Part shown: piece after piece, positions 8,984-18,460 of the stretch | How positions within the stretch are numbered: position 1 is the stretch's first letter | Layout: each line of letters starts with the position of its first letter | Virus record (IMG/VR): IMGVR_UViG_3300042390_000952 | DNA: 33,580 nt | Strand: one strand, 5' to 3' | Origin: a virus | Made by a program: the position numbers and the translations under genes | The notes under the pieces: generated by a model | Told to the model about the DNA's origin: nothing | The model's input: the letters and a program-made list of their open reading frames with translations, nothing else | The model's database searches: none

Positions 8984-9619
8984 ATGGCTTTGATTGGTGG
9001 TGAAAGAACGGTTAATGATTATGTAGGCATTGCTCAACTTAAAAAGCTAGATGTCTATGTACCTGGTACTAATTTAAAAGCAGCTAACCTTGCTTTAGAA
9101 GGCAAGCAAATTATCACTCAAGGACAACATGTAGTCTTGGGAGATCCTAAACAATTCATACTTGGTATTTCTCAACACTTTGGGAATACATCAGCAGTCA
9201 GTTCACCTGAACGTGTCGCTTATCAAAACATTGCCTATTCAATTTATCTTGGACTAGCAAAGGATAAAGGCATTAGAACAGATGAAAAAGGTAATCCAAT
9301 CATTAACAAGGACTTGGCTAAAGATGCTTTTGAACTTGCAACAGGTGGCACATACCATCAAAAATTAGGAACAAATACCCAAACGGTTTATAGACCTTAT
9401 GGCGTAACAGAGACTCAATTTGCGGACCAACTAGAACATAAAGTTATTGGTAACTTTTATAAAGAAACAGGTGAAAGAATCCCTAGAAGTTTCTTACAAG
9501 AACATGCAATCGAACAAGTACCTAAAGCTTATGGTTGGTATTGGTTCAGGAATCCCGATGGTTCGAGATACATCAATCCAAAGACTAAAAAAGCATATAT
9601 GGTCAATATAACAAAATAA
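8984..9619 (+). CDS. Phage structural protein or C-terminal fragment of an internal virion protein (tentative)
   Basis: 211-aa ORF between the truncated nozzle and the transglycosylase-domain protein. Confidence 0.5.
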   Translation: MALIGGERTVNDYVGIAQLKKLDVYVPGTNLKAANLALEGKQIITQGQHVVLGDPKQFILGISQHFGNTSAVSSPERVAYQNIAYSIYLGLAKDKGIRTDEKGNPIINKDLAKDAFELATGGTYHQKLGTNTQTVYRPYGVTETQFADQLEHKVIGNFYKETGERIPRSFLQEHAIEQVPKAYGWYWFRNPDGSRYINPKTKKAYMVNITK

Positions 9620-9631
9620 TAAAGGAACGAA

Positions 9632-12148
9632 ATGGGCTTATTAACAGGCGAATTTACAGAACAGGATGAGGTATTAAATCAATCCAAAACAACGAATGCC
9701 AAAACGTATAAACCAAGTCTAGCAGTAGATGTAGGTACAAGTTTTATCTATGGAGCTGAGAAAGGCTTATTTAACTTAGTCAATGCAGGAACAAGACCCT
9801 TTATAGGTGATGAAGCAGCAGACAAAGGTTTAGCCAATATTGATCGTCAGATTAAACCGACTCATCAAGGTACGGCAGGACATGTAGTTTCAGGTGTAAC
9901 TGAGGTTCTTTCAGCAGCAGCCGTTACAGCTCCTTTAGGTGGTGCAGGGGTCGCAACTTCCGTTGGTTTAAGTACAAGAGCTTCAGAACATTCAAGACTG
10001 ACTCAACAATTTGGAGTAGATCAAGACACAGCAGACACAGTATCGAATATTGGTGGTGTATCTATGGCTGCCTTAACTTTTGTTCCAATGTCGAATGTAT
10101 TTAAAAGTGGTTTGATTGACTATGCAGCAACAGTAGGCGGTACAACTCTAGCAGGGCAAGTTCTTCAATATGGACAAGGTACAATTCTTGAAAATAATGG
10201 ACATGCCAAAGTTGGGGAAATGTACAAGGACATGGCAACTGATCCTACAATGATTATGACTAACTTAGGTTTAGGTTCTGCATTTTGGGCTTTAGGTCGT
10301 ATGCGTACAGATCCAACTAAAACTCAAGCTGAGATTGAACAGGCTGAAGCAGCAACATACGATGCAGTAGATCAGGCAATTGCAGATGCAGACAGATCAA
10401 GTATCCCAACTCAACCTGAAACAGCAGGAGATATGCTTCAACATGAAGCTAATCTGAATCAAGCTATAGACCAGGTGATGAAAGGGGAGAAGGTTAATAT
10501 CTCAGAAGCTACAGGTGGACAGCTTAAAACTTTAGATGATGTTAAAAATTATATTCGAAATAAAAATACAACGAATAATAAACCCATTAATACAACTAAT
10601 AATAAGAGTCAAAGTCTAGCTGAAGCTACTGAAGCAAATAGAAAGGCATTATGGGAAAAGCTTAATCCTGGGGTGAAATATCCGACTCCAAAGACACAAG
10701 CTAAACCATTTACAGCAACAGGCACACAGAAACGTATCTATGACGAAGCTAAAGTAAATGGTTTATCAGATGCAGATGCAAGAACAATTGTTGCTTTGGC
10801 TCACTTTGAAAGTGGTGGATCATTTAGTCCTACAATCAAAAATAAGAAGTCTTCAGCAACAGGGGTATTTCAGTTCATAGATGATACATGGAAAGCAGAA
10901 GGTGGTACAGCAGCTAATAGACATGATCTAAATACTCAAATTAAGCTTGGTATCCAACATACTAAAAGTAATATCAAATACATTGAAGATAAGACAGGCA
11001 TTGTATTAACAGGCTCACAAATCTATGTACCACATCTATTAGGAAGAGGTGGAGCGCAGATTGTATTCAAAGCAATCAAGGAAAATCCTAACCAATCCGC
11101 TAGAGCTGTCATTGCTAAGTTTAGTAAAGATCCTGACCATTTAATGAAAATTAATGGCATACCTAAGAATGCTCGAATTGATGATGCAGTTCATTTCTTT
11201 ACTAAAAAGATAGATGCTATTGCAGCACAACATTATGGGGCAGAGAGTAGTTTGAGTGCTACTAGGGTAGCAGATGATGCAGAAGCAACAGTCTTAACTG
11301 AAGACTTAACCCGACCAACTCAAGACCTGGATACAACAGTTCAACGTACAGACCTAGATACTTTTCCAGACCTGACCACTGACTTTATTGGTAAGGCAGA
11401 CGTAGATGCTTTTACAGCTCGACATACAGTATCAGAAGATCCATTTGCAGATATAACTACAGATGTGGTTAATCTACTCGATGACTTTGATCTACTTAAA
11501 CTAGGTGAAGCTCCAAAACGTACAGTAGAAGAAGATGCTCAATTCAGCAAAGAACTGAATGAAATCTTAGAAGCGTTCAATACTGAAGTAGAACATGCTC
11601 CAATTCCTCATACCTCAAAAGGGGTACAGGTTAAAGATAGAGTGAATGATCCTGCTAAAGAGTTTAAACCTGACGAAAGCATAGCAACGGAATGGATCAA
11701 GACACAGCGTTTTGAAGACAAGAAATATCATGATCAACTTACCCGAACTTATAAAGATGAGAACGGACATACAGTTCAAGAGATGCAATATAGAGGCTCG
11801 TACGTAAAGCGTGTGGTTAATGATGCACACAAAACTGATTTCATTCACGTAGGACGCTCAAATAAGAGTGATTTTGTGGACCACAAAGGCAATAAAGAAC
11901 TAGAGACAGCTTTAGATCGTATCTTTGAAGATCGTTCATTCGGTTATCTATCTCAGATCCCTAAAGGGCAAGAAGCAATTACCAAACTTAAAGACAATCC
12001 TAATCTCGTCATTTCAAGTAAAAAGACTGGTGAAGATTTAACAGCTCAACAGTGGCAACAGAAGCTACAACGAGAACAAGACAACATTCAAATGATGGCT
12101 AAAGCAATGAGTACACTAGCCAAGTGTGCATTGAAACAAGCAGCATAA
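9632..12148 (+). CDS. Internal virion protein with lytic transglycosylase (SLT-like) domain, T7 gp16 N-terminal-like
   Basis: 838 aa; ALAHFESGGSFSPTIKNKKSSATGVFQFIDDTWKAEGG is a transglycosylase catalytic-region signature. Confidence 0.8.
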   Translation: MGLLTGEFTEQDEVLNQSKTTNAKTYKPSLAVDVGTSFIYGAEKGLFNLVNAGTRPFIGDEAADKGLANIDRQIKPTHQGTAGHVVSGVTEVLSAAAVTAPLGGAGVATSVGLSTRASEHSRLTQQFGVDQDTADTVSNIGGVSMAALTFVPMSNVFKSGLIDYAATVGGTTLAGQVLQYGQGTILENNGHAKVGEMYKDMATDPTMIMTNLGLGSAFWALGRMRTDPTKTQAEIEQAEAATYDAVDQAIADADRSSIPTQPETAGDMLQHEANLNQAIDQVMKGEKVNISEATGGQLKTLDDVKNYIRNKNTTNNKPINTTNNKSQSLAEATEANRKALWEKLNPGVKYPTPKTQAKPFTATGTQKRIYDEAKVNGLSDADARTIVALAHFESGGSFSPTIKNKKSSATGVFQFIDDTWKAEGGTAANRHDLNTQIKLGIQHTKSNIKYIEDKTGIVLTGSQIYVPHLLGRGGAQIVFKAIKENPNQSARAVIAKFSKDPDHLMKINGIPKNARIDDAVHFFTKKIDAIAAQHYGAESSLSATRVADDAEATVLTEDLTRPTQDLDTTVQRTDLDTFPDLTTDFIGKADVDAFTARHTVSEDPFADITTDVVNLLDDFDLLKLGEAPKRTVEEDAQFSKELNEILEAFNTEVEHAPIPHTSKGVQVKDRVNDPAKEFKPDESIATEWIKTQRFEDKKYHDQLTRTYKDENGHTVQEMQYRGSYVKRVVNDAHKTDFIHVGRSNKSDFVDHKGNKELETALDRIFEDRSFGYLSQIPKGQEAITKLKDNPNLVISSKKTGEDLTAQQWQQKLQREQDNIQMMAKAMSTLAKCALKQAA

Positions 12149-12166
12149 ATAATAATAAGAGAGACT

Positions 12167-14738
12167 ATGAAAGACCAATGTAAAACAGCCGTTGAAGGTG
12201 CGTTAGGACGCAAATTATCAGACAAAGAAGCTGAACTTTTAGAACAACAGTTTATTAAAGCAAGCCGTGAACTTCCTGCTGAAGATATTAAAGCCTGGAA
12301 GTCTATGTCAGATGAAGAAAGAGCTGAAGCAATTGCAGATCGTGCTATTCAAAACTATACCAATCAACATATTAAAGAAGTCACTAACCTGGTTAATGAT
12401 CTTGAGATCCGTGAAAATCTAGTTAAAGAACTGACAAACCATCCTAAACTTAATCCATTAGAAGCGATGAATCGTAAGTTAGTAATGCACACTGATCAAA
12501 GTGGTATCCAATCGGTAGAGCATAATATTCAGGCTGTAGAGGTCCGCTATATGCAAGGACTAGCTCAAGTCTTCAGTGATACACAAAAGACAATGGGCTT
12601 CTTATTAGATGGTGACAAAGTTAAGTCACTGGTTAAAGAAATCTTCGGTAAACCTTCAGGAGATGCTGAAATAGCTAAATTGGCTAAGTCAGTTACAGAT
12701 ACTTTAGAGTCTCTTCGAGTTCACTATAATCGCTATGGTGGTGATATTAAAAACCTGGCTAACTATGGACTTCCTCAGTCTCACAGTCACTATAAAGTCA
12801 TTTCTAAAGGTCAAGATGAATGGGTAAAGTACACGCTTCCAATGACAGACAGATCCAAGTACAGAAATGAAGATGGTTCATTAATGTCTGAAACTGAAGT
12901 AGCAGATGTATTAAGGGCGGTTTACAACACAATTGCGAGTGAAGGACATAATAAAGCTTCAGTACAGGCTCACTTGGTTCAATCAGAAACAGATTTACCT
13001 GTAGGCTTTAATATGCAAAACCTACATCAACATCACCGTGAAGTTCACTTTAAAGATGCTGATTCATGGGTAGCCTATCAAGAGAGTTTTGGAGAAGTGA
13101 ATTTCCATGATCTTTTAAGTAATCATATAAGACGTATGAGTACAGAGATTGGACTCATGCAAACCTTCGGCTCAAATCCTGAGAAGATGGTCAAGGAATT
13201 AGGACATGAACTTTTAAACAAAGCGATGCAAGATCCTAAGTTCTATGACAAGCATCGTAAACTTCAAAAACAAGCAGCTTTAATAAATCGACACTATGAT
13301 GAGCTTGCAGGACAAGCACTTCCTATTGACTCTAATTTAGCTCAAGTAGGCGGTATTCTTCGATCTTGGTCCGTAGCCACTAAAATGCGGATCAGCTTTT
13401 ATTACTGCATTTTCAGATCAAGCAACAATGAAGTTAGCTTCTGAAATGAATGGTATGGCTTATTCAGGTGTATTCGGTAAACACATTCAACAGTTCAAGA
13501 ATAAAGAAGATCGAGACTTTGCTATCTCTATCGGACTCGGTGTAAGGGAAATGACTTCAGCTCTTGTAAGGTTTCGGTGATGACGATATTGCTTCAGCTT
13601 CAACTAAACTTGCTAAAGCCAATACTGGTACACGTAAAATAGCCAATGCAGTTATTAAAGCAACTGGTTTAAATCACATAACGGCATCAGCGAAGCGAGC
13701 ATTTCGGTGTAAGTCTTATGCACCATATTTCTAATCTCAACTCAACTAAGAAATGGACTGAACTTGGATCTAAAGATCAACATATGCTTGAAGGCGGTGG
13801 TATCAAGGAAGCAGACTGGAATGCTCTTCAACTTGTAACGAGAACTGAAGCTCCAACAGGAGAAAAGCTAGTCACTAATCAAGACATATTTAAGATGTCA
13901 GATGATGCAATCCTAGATCATTTTGGTTTTGATCGAGCAGGACATACAGCAGAATCATTAGCAGACAATGCTTTCAAACTAAAAGAACAATTAGCCAATA
14001 AATTCATGAATCATGTTTATACAGAGACTAATGCTGCGGTTTTAGAGGTAGGTTCAAGAGAAACAACCATGATGGGCTTAGGTCGTGAACGTGGTACGGC
14101 AGGAAACGAATTAAGTCGCTTCTTTTTTCAATTTAAACAATTTCCCTTAGCTATGGTGACTCGTCAATGGACAAGAGCTATGGCTCAACCAACGCCACAA
14201 GCTAAATTTGTATACCTGGCTAAACTATTTGCTTATACAACTGTAATGGGAGCTATCGTGGCTCAGATCCAAAACCTGACACAAGGTAAAGACCTAGAAG
14301 ATCCTACAACTATGGACTTCTTCCTTAAATCTATTGTGAAAGGCGGTGCAGCTTCATTCTTAGCAGATGCAGTCTCAGCAAGTGCAGATCCAACAGACAG
14401 AAGTTTAAAAGACTTCGTTATCCCTGCGGCTCTTAAAGACATAATCAATGTAGGTACGATGGTAAGTGGTGCAGGTCAACAGTTCCTAGATGATCGAGAA
14501 TCAAGCTATGGAGCTGAAGCAATCAATACCCTTAAATCAAATGTTCCCTTTCAAAACGTATGGTATCGGTCGTTTAATTTTCGACCGTATCGTAATTGCA
14601 GAGATGCAGGAAATGTTCGATGAAGGCTATCGTGAGAAGAAACAACGTAGACTTGAAAAGTACGGTAATGGCTTTTGGTGGTCTATGGACAATGAAGAGA
14701 TCCGTATGCCTGACATATCAAGTAAAGACAATGATTAA
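12167..14738 (+). CDS. Internal virion (core) protein, read through four quadruplet codons (about 855 aa)
   Basis: Quadruplet reading at 13388, 13575, 13705 and 14567 joins ORFs 12167-13444, an unlisted segment, 13718-14623 and 14490-14738 into one frame. Position follows the transglycosylase protein. Confidence 0.85.
13388..13391 (+). other. Quadruplet codon CGGA: SVATKM-[CGGA]-SAFITAFSDQATMK
   Basis: In-frame CGG (13388-12167=1221, divisible by 3); triplet reading stops at 13444. Confidence 0.85.
13575..13578 (+). other. Quadruplet codon CGGT: SALVRF-[CGGT]-DDDIASASTK
   Basis: In-frame CGG immediately followed by TGA in triplet reading; quadruplet reading avoids the stop. Confidence 0.85.
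13705..13708 (+). other. Quadruplet codon CGGT: SAKRAF-[CGGT]-VSLMHHISNLNSTKKW
   Basis: In-frame CGG; 13709 onward is in frame with the ORF at 13718. Confidence 0.85.
14567..14570 (+). other. Quadruplet codon CGGT: FQNVWY-[CGGT]-RLIFDRIVIAEMQEMFDEG
   Basis: In-frame CGG (849 nt from 13718); 14571 is in frame with ORF 14490-14738. Confidence 0.85.
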
Positions 14739-14776
14739 ATACAACTATAAATATAACTAATTATAAGGCTATAAAT

Positions 14777-15116
14777 ATGAGCAAAATAGAAGAATATAAG
14801 GATGAGTTAATCCGTATCCAAGAAATATCAATTCTTGATACAGTGGATCTTGTAGAACGTGCAAACGATCAAGATAAAGAAACGAAGGTACGGAAGAGGT
14901 GATGCTTTTTGGTTATACAAATCAGCCAATCAAACCCTTGCTATAGCAGCACGTATCGAACAGCTACTTACAGCTAAAGCTAATCAAGCGACAGAAACAA
15001 CTGAAGATCAAGAAAAACAAAAAGAAGCTGAAGCAGAGAAGCTCTTATCTTCAGTCCGTAAAGAACTCGGTAAACGCAAAAAGGGATCTAAACAAGATGG
15101 CAAAGAAAGCGAATAA
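14777..15116 (+). CDS. Small terminase subunit-like protein, read through one quadruplet codon (about 112 aa)
   Basis: ATG at 14777; CGGA at 14891-14894; then in frame with ORF 14859-15116. Lies immediately upstream of the large terminase. Confidence 0.75.
14891..14894 (+). other. Quadruplet codon CGGA: DQDKETKV-[CGGA]-RGDAFWLYKSANQTL
   Basis: In-frame CGG (114 nt from 14777); triplet reading reaches TGA a few codons later. Confidence 0.85.
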
Positions 15117-16747
15117 AGCTAACTTTGTAGAGTTCTATTTAGTGTGGGCGCATGTACAACGGATGGCATGTTCCCGACTTTCATTTAGATGTATGTGAAT
15201 GGCTTGATAACCTCAAGGGCTTAAATCTTTTAATGCTCCCTCGTGGTCATTCAAAGTCCACAATCTTAGATGTATATAACGCTTACAGACTCTACAAAGA
15301 TGCAGACGACATTATCCTTCATCAAGGGGCTACAGATGCCGATGCTTATAAATGTTCTAATGGAACAAAACAGGTATTAGAAAAACATCCCTTATGTTGG
15401 AACAGACAAAAAGTAAAAGGTGAAGTAGTCAAATGGTGGGTACAAGGCTCTACAGATGTACGTCACGGCTCACTACATGCAAGAGGGATTTTGAGTAACA
15501 TTACACGGAAGCAGGGCATACCATATTCAGAGTGATGACGTTGAAAACCAAGTCACAACATCTACTCCCGATGCTAGAGAAAAACTTAGGTATCGCTTGT
15601 CTGAACAGATCCATATTTTAATTCCAGGAGGTGAACGCTTATTTGTAGGTACACCGCACAGCTTTGACTCGCTATACACACAAATAAAAGATCAAGGGGC
15701 GAACTGTCTAATCCTGAAGATGTTTCAAAAAGAAGCTCGATTTACTTCAGGAGAACTTGAAGTCTCAACGACATTTAAACCTGAATATCTTTTTGTCGGT
15801 ATTGGTACTCATGCTCGATTATTGAATCATATAGATGACTACACGATTGAAACTAGAGATAACGATTACCTGATTAAGCTGAATCAAAAACATCATTTAA
15901 TTGATTGCTATGCAGATGCTTTATGGTCCGATAGGTTCACTTCTGAAGTGATGGAATTAAGACGTAAAGAATGTTCAACAATAAATGAATGGGATTCACA
16001 GTACCAGTTACATGCTAAGCCTGTCGGTGAGATTCGCTTAGATCCTGACAGATTGATACCTTATTCAGAAGAAGTACGCTTCACTCAATCGAATGGCAAT
16101 ACCATGATGATGTTGGGTGATAAACGTATCGTATCTGCGACTTGTAAACTCGATCCTTCTAGTGGCAAAACCAAGTCAGATGTGAGTGCTGTAGCTCTCG
16201 TATTGAGCGATGAGAACGGTAAATTGTATTGGCATAGGTCAGTAGCCTTAACAGGTGATATATGCCTTACAGATGACAATGGACAGGTTACAGGGGGTCA
16301 AGCATGGCAGTTAGCAGACCTCATCGAAGAGTTTAAATTGCCTTCAGTAATTGTAGAAACTAATGGTATACGGTGGTCATGTTCCCTCTATTCTTAGGTC
16401 TGTACTCAAGAAACGAAATATCCATTGTGGTGTCATAGAAAAGCATGAATCACAAAACAAGAATAAAAGAATCATCGGTACTTTAGAAAGTCCATTACTC
16501 GGTAGCTATTTATATGCTCACCAATCTGTACTCACTTTGAATGGAAAGGAATCTCCTCAAATCAAAGAAATGAGACTTTATGATCCATCTATTACCAATC
16601 AAAAAGATGACTATATAGATGCTCTAGCTCGGTGCGATTGCTGCTGAACCAGTTCGTATTGGCTCACATAATAACTTTGCAACCTACAATCCAAACAATA
16701 ATTGGCAAGCTTCAAATCAATACCATGAAATGAAAATTGACTTTTAA
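15097..16747 (+). CDS. Large terminase subunit, T7 gp19-like, read through four quadruplet codons (about 548 aa)
   Basis: ATG at 15097; Walker-like LLMLPRGHSKSTI; ITGSRAYHIQSDDVENQ; IPSVIVETNGIGGHVPSILRS-type motif; quadruplets at 15160, 15506, 16371 and 16630; stop at 16745-16747. Confidence 0.9.
15160..15163 (+). other. Quadruplet codon CGGA: WAHVQ-[CGGA]-WHVPDFHLDVCEWL
   Basis: In-frame CGG 63 nt after ATG 15097. Confidence 0.85.
15506..15509 (+). other. Quadruplet codon CGGA: GILSNIT-[CGGA]-SRAYHIQSDDVE
   Basis: In-frame CGG; glycine here recreates the TGSRA motif of T7-like large terminases. Confidence 0.9.
16371..16374 (+). other. Quadruplet codon CGGT: VETNGI-[CGGT]-GHVPSILRSVLKK
   Basis: In-frame CGG (774 nt from 15597); glycine gives NGIGG. 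Confidence 0.9.
16630..16633 (+). other. Quadruplet codon CGGT: DDYIDALA-[CGGT]-AIAAEPVRIGSHNN
   Basis: In-frame CGG; restores a 37-residue C-terminus ending at TAA 16745. Confidence 0.88.
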
Positions 16748-16798
16748 AATACAACGATAAATACAACAAAATATATAACCATAAAATAGGAATAAATA

Positions 16799-18460
16799 AT
16801 GACAGTACAAAATATTGTACCGTATGAAAAATATGTAACTAGTGGATCTGATTCAGTTTATACAGTTAGCTACTATGTCGAAGATAAAGATAATTTACTT
16901 ATCAAATTGAATGACGAAGTAGTAAGTAAAAACGAATACAACTACATCAAATCTAGTAATGCTATTCAATTCAATACAACACTATTAGCCAATCAAAAAT
17001 TAGAAATATTTAGAAAGACTAAGCTTGAAAGAGCAACTAATTTTGAAAGCTATAACAATACGCTTAGACCTGAAGTTTTAAATAAAGACCTGGATAAAAT
17101 TTGGCTCAACTTACAAGAACAAAGCCATAAAGTTGATCAATATGATCTTAACTACGATTATGCAGTTCATACTTCTACACAAGCTTTAACAGAAGTAAAA
17201 ACAGCTCAAATAAGAGCAGATCAAGCTTATACATTAGCAGACTTAACAAACACAGAAACAAGATCTATTGAGTATGGCGGAACAGGAGCTACAACAGCTA
17301 AAAATGCTCGTACCAATTTAAATGTACACAGTAAAGAAGAAGTAGTTTCCCTTATCCAATCAGGTGGTACAGGAACAATAGTAAATGTAAGTGGTGGTGG
17401 TACAGGTGCAGATAATATTGCAGATGCTCGTACCAATTTAGATGTCTATAGCAAAGAAGAAATAAACCAAAGAGCTATGACATTCCCTACAGGGTTTGTT
17501 CGTCATGTATTACTACATCGTTCAAAGATTGAAGATGGTGATTTAGCTTTAGATGGTCAATTAGTTAGTCGTACAGATTACCCTGAATTATGGGAAGTAG
17601 CTCAAAATTCAGGACTGTTAATTACAGATACAGCATGGCTATCAGATCCATTAAAACGTATCGCTTACTCTTCAGGAGATGGTGAGACAAATTTCCGTTT
17701 ACCTGACTATAACGGTATTCAAGATCAATCTTTAAAATCACCTGTCTTACGTGGTGATGGTTATTCCTCTACTGGAACAGCTTTAAGTGATGCAATTCGT
17801 AATATTACAGGTTTTCAAGGAGCAACAAGAGAAAACTATGAAACACCTACAGGTGCTTTTTATAAAAGTAGTGGTGGAAGTGCAGCAGGATCAGGATCAC
17901 AGGCAACAACAACTTGGACTATGTATTTTGATGCTAGTCGTGTAGTACCAACAGCAAACGAAAATAGACCTGTTTCAGCATTTGGAATTTATGTAGTAGT
18001 TGCAAAAGGTAGAACTGAAAAAGCTCCTAGTAGTGGTAATAATCCAACATTAACAGGTAGTAATATTTGGAATGGAAGTCAGGATGTACAAGGTAATCTT
18101 TTAGTAAATGGAAAGATAACAGGTGATATTAGATCTTCTATAAATGCTGAAGGTGATGCACCAATATCAGCAATTAGAAGCTATGTAATAGGTAGTGCCA
18201 CAAGTGCTCCAACAATATTAAGAAGTATGAATGTAGCTTCTGTAACTAAACCTGCATCTTCACAATTAACTGTCAATTTTATAAAACCTATGACAGACAC
18301 TAATTACATTGTTCTAGCTTATGCTAAATATACTGCTGCACCTAATGAACAAATTGGCGGTATTACTACTACTAAAACAGTAAATAGTTGCACTATCAAT
18401 TTTCGTGTACCTGGCAATCAATCTGATAATGCTCCTGAGTATACAGTGGTGATTCTATGA
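16799..18460 (+). CDS. Tail fibre protein with T7 gp17-like N-terminus and tail-collar-like C-terminal half
   Basis: MTVQNIVPYEKYVTSGSDSVYTVSYYVEDKDNLLIKLNDEVVSKNEYNY resembles the phage T7 tail fibre N-terminal domain; repeated GGTGA..ARTNL..SKEE; FPTGFVRHVLLHRSKIEDGDLALDGQLVSRTDYPELWEVA. Confidence 0.85.
   Translation: MTVQNIVPYEKYVTSGSDSVYTVSYYVEDKDNLLIKLNDEVVSKNEYNYIKSSNAIQFNTTLLANQKLEIFRKTKLERATNFESYNNTLRPEVLNKDLDKIWLNLQEQSHKVDQYDLNYDYAVHTSTQALTEVKTAQIRADQAYTLADLTNTETRSIEYGGTGATTAKNARTNLNVHSKEEVVSLIQSGGTGTIVNVSGGGTGADNIADARTNLDVYSKEEINQRAMTFPTGFVRHVLLHRSKIEDGDLALDGQLVSRTDYPELWEVAQNSGLLITDTAWLSDPLKRIAYSSGDGETNFRLPDYNGIQDQSLKSPVLRGDGYSSTGTALSDAIRNITGFQGATRENYETPTGAFYKSSGGSAAGSGSQATTTWTMYFDASRVVPTANENRPVSAFGIYVVVAKGRTEKAPSSGNNPTLTGSNIWNGSQDVQGNLLVNGKITGDIRSSINAEGDAPISAIRSYVIGSATSAPTILRSMNVASVTKPASSQLTVNFIKPMTDTNYIVLAYAKYTAAPNEQIGGITTTKTVNSCTINFRVPGNQSDNAPEYTVVIL

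Noticed and set aside
11615-11848. Minus-strand ORF inside the transglycosylase-domain protein (also 7224-7451, 8778-8963, 14263-14448, 16085-16279, 17227-17436, 21279-21527)
   Set aside because: Antisense to well-supported genes; no independent evidence.
13571-13580. Conventional +1 programmed frameshifting on ttt-c (Phe slip)
   Set aside because: Could explain 13575 and 13705, but the other nine sites have unrelated P-site codons and no consistent stimulator was seen.
4273-16747. Frameshifts as random sequencing errors or pseudogene decay
   Set aside because: All 11 breaks have the same sign, and all sit at in-frame CGGA/CGGT. Each is fully repaired by one rule, and a matching tRNA is present. 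The same four-mers out of frame cause no break. Resequencing is still required.
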